Of a stretch of DNA of 30,844 nt, positions 26,422 through 30,844 are shown in pieces. Under the pieces are notes generated by a model, which saw nothing but the letters and a program-made list of their open reading frames with translations, was not told the DNA's origin and did no database searches. The position numbers and the translations under genes were made by a program. The DNA lies in the IMG/VR virus record IMGVR_UViG_3300030372_004376, positions 1 through 30,844 of that record; one strand, 5' to 3'. Each line of letters starts with the position of its first letter. Position 1 is the stretch's first letter. Origin of the DNA: a virus. Taxonomy: Duplodnaviria > Caudoviricetes.

Positions 26422-27448
26422 TTTCCATGTTCATTATCTGAGCAGCCTTTTCTTGCTGAACTTGTTGTTCAATCCATTCATAAGTTTTCTTCATACCATC
26501 AATTAAAGGTTCAGAAACTTTCCATCCTACTTTTTCTCCATAAAGAGTGTTATCAGAATTTCTTCCGTTTACGCCGATAGGACATTTATGACCGTATTGT
26601 TTAACAAAGTCTTCTCCATCAATGTTGTAAATATCTAAATTCTTACCAGAAACAGCAATCGCCATTTTAGCAAAATCATTAATTGCAATCATTTCTTCAG
26701 ATCCTATATTCACAGGTCCTATAAAATCACTTCTCATAAATCGAATAGTAGCTTCGATACATTCATCAATATATAAGAAAGATCTTGTTTGATTACCTGG
26801 TCCCCATACTTCTATAGATTCTCCTTCTTCAGCTCTTGCAGCTTTTCTACACATGGCAGCTGGAGCTTTTTCTCTCCCACCGTCCCAGGTTCCTTCTGGA
26901 CCAAATATATTATGGTACCTACCAACTCTTACTGTTAAATCTTTGTTCCTCATAAAGGAAAGAAAGATTCTTTCACTAAAAAGTTTTTCCCAACCATATT
27001 CCGAATCTGGGTCAGCTGGGTAAGCTGAATCTTCAGTACAAGTAGGATTGTCTGGATCTAATTGATTATGCTCTGGGTACATACATGCAGAAGAACTATA
27101 AAATAATCTTTTTACATTTCCTTGTCGGACAGCTTCATGCGCTACATTCAAATTTACCAAAGCCGAATTGTGCATTATGTCTGCATCATTTTCTCCAGTG
27201 AATACGAATCCTGCACCTCCCATATCAGCTGCAAACTGATAAACTTCATCCCAAGATTGATTACTAAAAACCGTTTCTACTAAATTAGGATCTCTAAGAT
27301 CACCCTTTACAAAATCATCTGCTTCAGTAGGAGCAAACTCTGGATATTTAAGATCCACTGCTCTTACCCAAAAGCCTTCTTTCTTTAACCTCTTAACCAT
27401 GTGGCTTCCGATAAAACCTCCACCACCTAATACTAATGCTGTTTTCAT
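26414..27448 (-). CDS. GDP-mannose 3,5-epimerase-like NAD-dependent SDR
   Basis: GGGGFIG, AADMGG.GF, SSACMYP (catalytic Cys), YGWEK, WDGGREKAPAA.CRK (catalytic Lys): the GME-specific signatures. Confidence 0.88.
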   Translation of the reverse strand: MKTALVLGGGGFIGSHMVKRLKKEGFWVRAVDLKYPEFAPTEADDFVKGDLRDPNLVETVFSNQSWDEVYQFAADMGGAGFVFTGENDADIMHNSALVNLNVAHEAVRQGNVKRLFYSSSACMYPEHNQLDPDNPTCTEDSAYPADPDSEYGWEKLFSERIFLSFMRNKDLTVRVGRYHNIFGPEGTWDGGREKAPAAMCRKAARAEEGESIEVWGPGNQTRSFLYIDECIEATIRFMRSDFIGPVNIGSEEMIAINDFAKMAIAVSGKNLDIYNIDGEDFVKQYGHKCPIGVNGRNSDNTLYGEKVGWKVSEPLIDGMKKTYEWIEQQVQQEKAAQIMNMESE

Positions 27449-27461
27449 TTTTTAATTATTT

Positions 27462-28472
27462 TTATTGTGTTATACTTTCCAACCATCTTGATTGATAATG
27501 ACTAACCGCATCTGCTTGCAATTCTTTATTTTCCATTACATCACGGTATACTCTCCAAAAGTTTAATGTTTCTTTCGGAAAGAATTTTTCATATCCGCCT
27601 TTAGATTCAATAAAATCTAAGGTATTACGATAACCTATAACTTCATTTTCTAAGTTCGTTACCAAATCTTGTAAATTTCTATCTTGGTAAACTGTAGCAA
27701 CATCATACACTACAGAATTAGGAAAGTGATGTTGTAGTATATATGACCCCCATATATCATCCATTCTTCCAACGAATGGTAGTACCGCATAATACGGCAT
27801 TACCTCTCCAGCTAAAAATGTATTTTGAGAATTAAAGGGAGCGGTTTGTTCGGATCCATAAGGTTCAGTTATATCTTTGTAATCAACACACGGTTTATGA
27901 GTTAATCTAGCCATTGCATCAATATCAGGATCACCGTCCCAAAGATTTGCTTGAACTAAACATTTCTTCTTTTTATATCCTAAGAACTCTACATCATGTC
28001 GAGTTTGTAAATGTTGAATAGGATATCCTCTATGCCATACATGGTTATCTTCGGTTATTGCTAAAGGATCAAAATAATCACTTCTTTTTGAAGCATATGC
28101 CTTGTAATTAACTTCTTGGCCTACTTTAACATCTTCTCCCCAATTATCATAAGGGATATTGTCATCATCCACAGTGGCTACTACTGTTGCATCATTTGCA
28201 TATGCATAAGCAAAACCAATGTTTCTTCTTTGAATAGTTTTCCATCCTATCACCTTTGATAATTCTGGAAAAAGTTTATCCTGTTCGTCAGGGTGTAAAT
28301 AAATTACATTTGAATTTTCCTCTTCTAATTTACGATATAAATCATGAGGAGTTTTTGTGTCACCTACAATAACAAACTTCCAAGAGCCGTTTCTACATAT
28401 TTTACAAAATTTTTGAGTTGCCTCAGTTGGAGGATTGATTGTGGTCGTTACGATAAATTTGTTTTCTGCCAT
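27462..28472 (-). CDS. STELLO (DUF288) / RGP (GT75)-like GT-A protein; glycosyltransferase or NDP-sugar mutase
   Basis: IVTTTINPPT, VIVGDTKTP, RRNIGFAYA, VDDDNIP, DPDIDA, PFNSQNT, RMDDIW. Confidence 0.75.
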   Translation of the reverse strand: MAENKFIVTTTINPPTEATQKFCKICRNGSWKFVIVGDTKTPHDLYRKLEEENSNVIYLHPDEQDKLFPELSKVIGWKTIQRRNIGFAYAYANDATVVATVDDDNIPYDNWGEDVKVGQEVNYKAYASKRSDYFDPLAITEDNHVWHRGYPIQHLQTRHDVEFLGYKKKKCLVQANLWDGDPDIDAMARLTHKPCVDYKDITEPYGSEQTAPFNSQNTFLAGEVMPYYAVLPFVGRMDDIWGSYILQHHFPNSVVYDVATVYQDRNLQDLVTNLENEVIGYRNTLDFIESKGGYEKFFPKETLNFWRVYRDVMENKELQADAVSHYQSRWLESITQ

Positions 28473-28508
28473 CTTTTTTATTATTTTACATTAAAATTAA
28501 AATTTGTT

Positions 28509-29447
28509 TCAAAACAAGGATCTGTTAGGCACACAGTATAACTTGTCTTTGAGTTCAAATTGAGGTTCATACTTAAAACCATATCTCCATTCTATACCTG
28601 GTAGAAATGATCTAAGAAAATCAGGTTTCTTTTTGCCTACAGCATAGTGTAGGAGGGAAGGTACCGTGCTCTTAAGCGATTTCTCTGGAGGATTTTTTCC
28701 TATTGATAAAATCAGTCTTAAATCTTCTCCCTTAAACGGTTCTACTTTATGCCCTTCTTTTAAGAGCCTATGAATGTTAAAGTGGTGGAATCTTTGTTCT
28801 ACTGTCCAACTTGTATAACCTTCGAAATCATAATACATATGATGAGACCATGAATGTTTCATAAATCTTTCAAAATAGTATTCTAATTTAGGATCTATTC
28901 CATAAAGAAGATTTCCGCAATTAAGTGATAATGCATTTACCTGTTCTAAAGTAAAATCACTTTCAAACATTTCGTTAAAGGCAGCCAAAGTTTCATACTT
29001 ATCTTTGTTCCTTAGATAAAATAAATTCTCTTTCTTAAAAGCATAACCTTCATACTTATTAAAAAGATAACTTAAATCTTTGAAAATAAATACATCATCA
29101 TCTGAAGTATAGGTTCTCTCTACTCCAAATTTTTCATTAAGATAAATAGGCATTAGAATTTTGAACATTGCTCCATGAGTCAATAAAAATTCTTTAGCCT
29201 TTCCTTCATAACCATGTTTCTCAATATAATACTTATATAATTGTCGTACATCAACAAATGTAGCTTTCTTAAAAATAGGTACATTATGATTACCTATTAC
29301 ATGACGAACTTGGTTAATAGTAATTTTACTTGTATCTACAAACATGTAAATATCAAAGTTCTCTTGGATATCCTTAGGATAATAGGATAAAAGAATGTTT
29401 ATCCATTCAAGATTTGAGGTTCCTATTGCAACTGCGTTCTTTTTCAT
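28509..29447 (-). CDS. Putative GT-A glycosyltransferase (true start probably ATG 29447)
   Basis: YTSDDDVFI (DxD), NCG, EQ and LLHYA are arranged as in GT8-like enzymes; the ATG lies 1 nt after the upstream stop. Confidence 0.55.
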   Translation of the reverse strand: MKKNAVAIGTSNLEWINILLSYYPKDIQENFDIYMFVDTSKITINQVRHVIGNHNVPIFKKATFVDVRQLYKYYIEKHGYEGKAKEFLLTHGAMFKILMPIYLNEKFGVERTYTSDDDVFIFKDLSYLFNKYEGYAFKKENLFYLRNKDKYETLAAFNEMFESDFTLEQVNALSLNCGNLLYGIDPKLEYYFERFMKHSWSHHMYYDFEGYTSWTVEQRFHHFNIHRLLKEGHKVEPFKGEDLRLILSIGKNPPEKSLKSTVPSLLHYAVGKKKPDFLRSFLPGIEWRYGFKYEPQFELKDKLYCVPNRSLF

Positions 29448-29448
29448 A

Positions 29449-30813
29449 TTAGAATAAACTTGTTGCTTTTGGTTTTTCAATTTGTTTATCTTTCTTAGGA
29501 TATAATGCTTCACCGTCAGCCATTAACATTTTAGGTAAACCTACTTCATCTAAACTTTTGTTAATTAAATCTAACATAAATTTACCAGTATATGCATCAC
29601 TAATTAAAAGTTCTTGTAAATGCTGAACGAATTTAATTCTTTTATCAGGATGAGCATCAAAGTATTCCATCTTTTTGTAAAAATCATTTGCATCTTTAAC
29701 TCTTAATGGATGTTCTTTTGGTACAATATGAAATTGTGTATCGTAATCAGGATGTAAGAAAGGAACTACTCCTAACTGAAGCATCTCTGCATATTTACTC
29801 GTTACCCAACCTGCTGCCGTAGGTAAAACTAAAGTATATCTTGTTTCCGCAAAAGTTTTATCTAAATCTTCAGTAGCAATATATCCTTTGAATTGAGGAC
29901 GGCCTTCTTTGAAAAATTCTGACCACTTACCGAAAATTCTAGCTTCTTGGTTAGGATCTTTATCTAATACATATTCTTTAAGAATGTTAAATCTTAGATC
30001 CTCTTTTGCAGTTGGTGGAGAAAGTTGCATTGAAACAATTGTGAACTGATGAGGTTTCTCTGCTCTTGTTACATCAAGAACTCCTCCATCAATTAAATTC
30101 ATTTTTTCAATCCCACTATATCGAGATACTATATTTCTTGTAATATAATCTCCTTCATTTTCTAAACAAGCATCTCTTTTAAGTTCACTTACACCAAACC
30201 ATTCAATATCAAAATCTTGTTGTCCTAAAACTTTTTGTGGTAAATTAGTAATATCTCTATACCTCATTGAAGGTCTTACGTACCTTGGGTCTGTTGCTAA
30301 CATCCACCATTTAAGATTTGTCATGTTCAAATAATAAATAACTTCACTTGCATAAAATAAAGTCATATCTAAACATTTAACAGGTTTGTAAGGTGGCTTA
30401 AGAGTATTAAGATAACCTGGAAGAGCAGTAGTAGACCAACCTTGAGAAGTAAAGCCAACACCAAAATCTGCTTCTATTCCAGAATCTCTGAGAATTTCAT
30501 AATACCTCATATAATACCTTCTTCTTTCTTCTAAAGAATTAGGCTTAGGTCTATTATGTAATTCAGGAAAAACTGTATAAGGATCAAAAATCTTTCCTTC
30601 AGGATCAATCTCCTTTCTCTGAGATTCACTAATCCTTCTCCAATCACTTTTGGATAAAAGTAAGATTCGTCCTACATTAGGATTTCTTAATAATAATCTT
30701 ATTGTTGAAAAATACTCGGATGTACCATCCGATCTTAAGAGTTTCTTTTTATCAAACTTAATTGCTGAACCAACTGCGAAATAAGCAATGGTTACTTTTT
30801 TGTTTTCTTCCAT
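29449..30813 (-). CDS. T4 beta-glucosyltransferase (BGT)-like DNA glycosyltransferase, GT-B fold
   Basis: Collinear matches to T4 BGT as recalled: TSE/SSE, ATDPR/FTDIR (catalytic Asp), KVLGQ/KVISQ, YSGIEK/YFPIEQ, IFG/FFG, PQFKGYI/PVFTGKI, WVTSKYAEML/FITLRVWETM, DYDTQFHIV/EFDTKHRII. Confidence 0.75.
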   Translation of the reverse strand: MEENKKVTIAYFAVGSAIKFDKKKLLRSDGTSEYFSTIRLLLRNPNVGRILLLSKSDWRRISESQRKEIDPEGKIFDPYTVFPELHNRPKPNSLEERRRYYMRYYEILRDSGIEADFGVGFTSQGWSTTALPGYLNTLKPPYKPVKCLDMTLFYASEVIYYLNMTNLKWWMLATDPRYVRPSMRYRDITNLPQKVLGQQDFDIEWFGVSELKRDACLENEGDYITRNIVSRYSGIEKMNLIDGGVLDVTRAEKPHQFTIVSMQLSPPTAKEDLRFNILKEYVLDKDPNQEARIFGKWSEFFKEGRPQFKGYIATEDLDKTFAETRYTLVLPTAAGWVTSKYAEMLQLGVVPFLHPDYDTQFHIVPKEHPLRVKDANDFYKKMEYFDAHPDKRIKFVQHLQELLISDAYTGKFMLDLINKSLDEVGLPKMLMADGEALYPKKDKQIEKPKATSLF

Positions 30814-30844
30814 ACTTTTTATTTTATATATGTCCTGGTGTATA

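Noticed and set aside
939-28541. Short track ORFs 939-1187, 1438-1731, 3906-4181, 4859-5161, 5968-6174, 10323-10586, 16522-16719, 17356-17607, 24101-24337, 25680-25892, 28344-28541
   Set aside because: They are antisense shadows of well-supported genes, with low-information composition and no motifs.
26414-30813. Captured host LPS/capsule locus
   Set aside because: No flippase, polymerase or export genes; it has a BGT-like enzyme and overlaps a DNA MTase chain next to the replisome genes. A surface-glycan role is not fully excluded.

Overview
This is an AT-rich, gene-dense fragment of a large T4-like (myovirus-type) bacteriophage genome, coded almost entirely on the minus strand in standard code 11. 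It holds the T4-type core: clamp loader gp44/gp62, RNase H, capsid gp23, a fused prohead protease-scaffold, portal gp20, gp2, gp4, late sigma gp55, gp15, gp46/gp47, a gp33-like protein, helicase gp41, UvsX, only the C-terminal half of a family-B DNA polymerase, and sliding clamp gp45. The right end (24.3-30.8 kb) is a tightly packed modification cluster: a T4 beta-glucosyltransferase (BGT)-like GT-B enzyme, a DxD protein, a STELLO/RGP-like protein, GDP-mannose 3,5-epimerase, a SET-domain methyltransferase, an atypical C5-cytosine DNA methyltransferase and DUF2452. This is the most interesting part: a candidate pathway for glycosylating DNA with an unusual L-sugar, whose transferases end in the same kind of '-LF' tail as the replisome proteins and may ride the clamp. 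Three promoter-like motif classes can be read directly from the intergenic DNA. The lack of Shine-Dalgarno motifs and the DUF2452 gene hint at a Bacteroidota host (inference). All family assignments come from motif recognition by eye; no searches were run.
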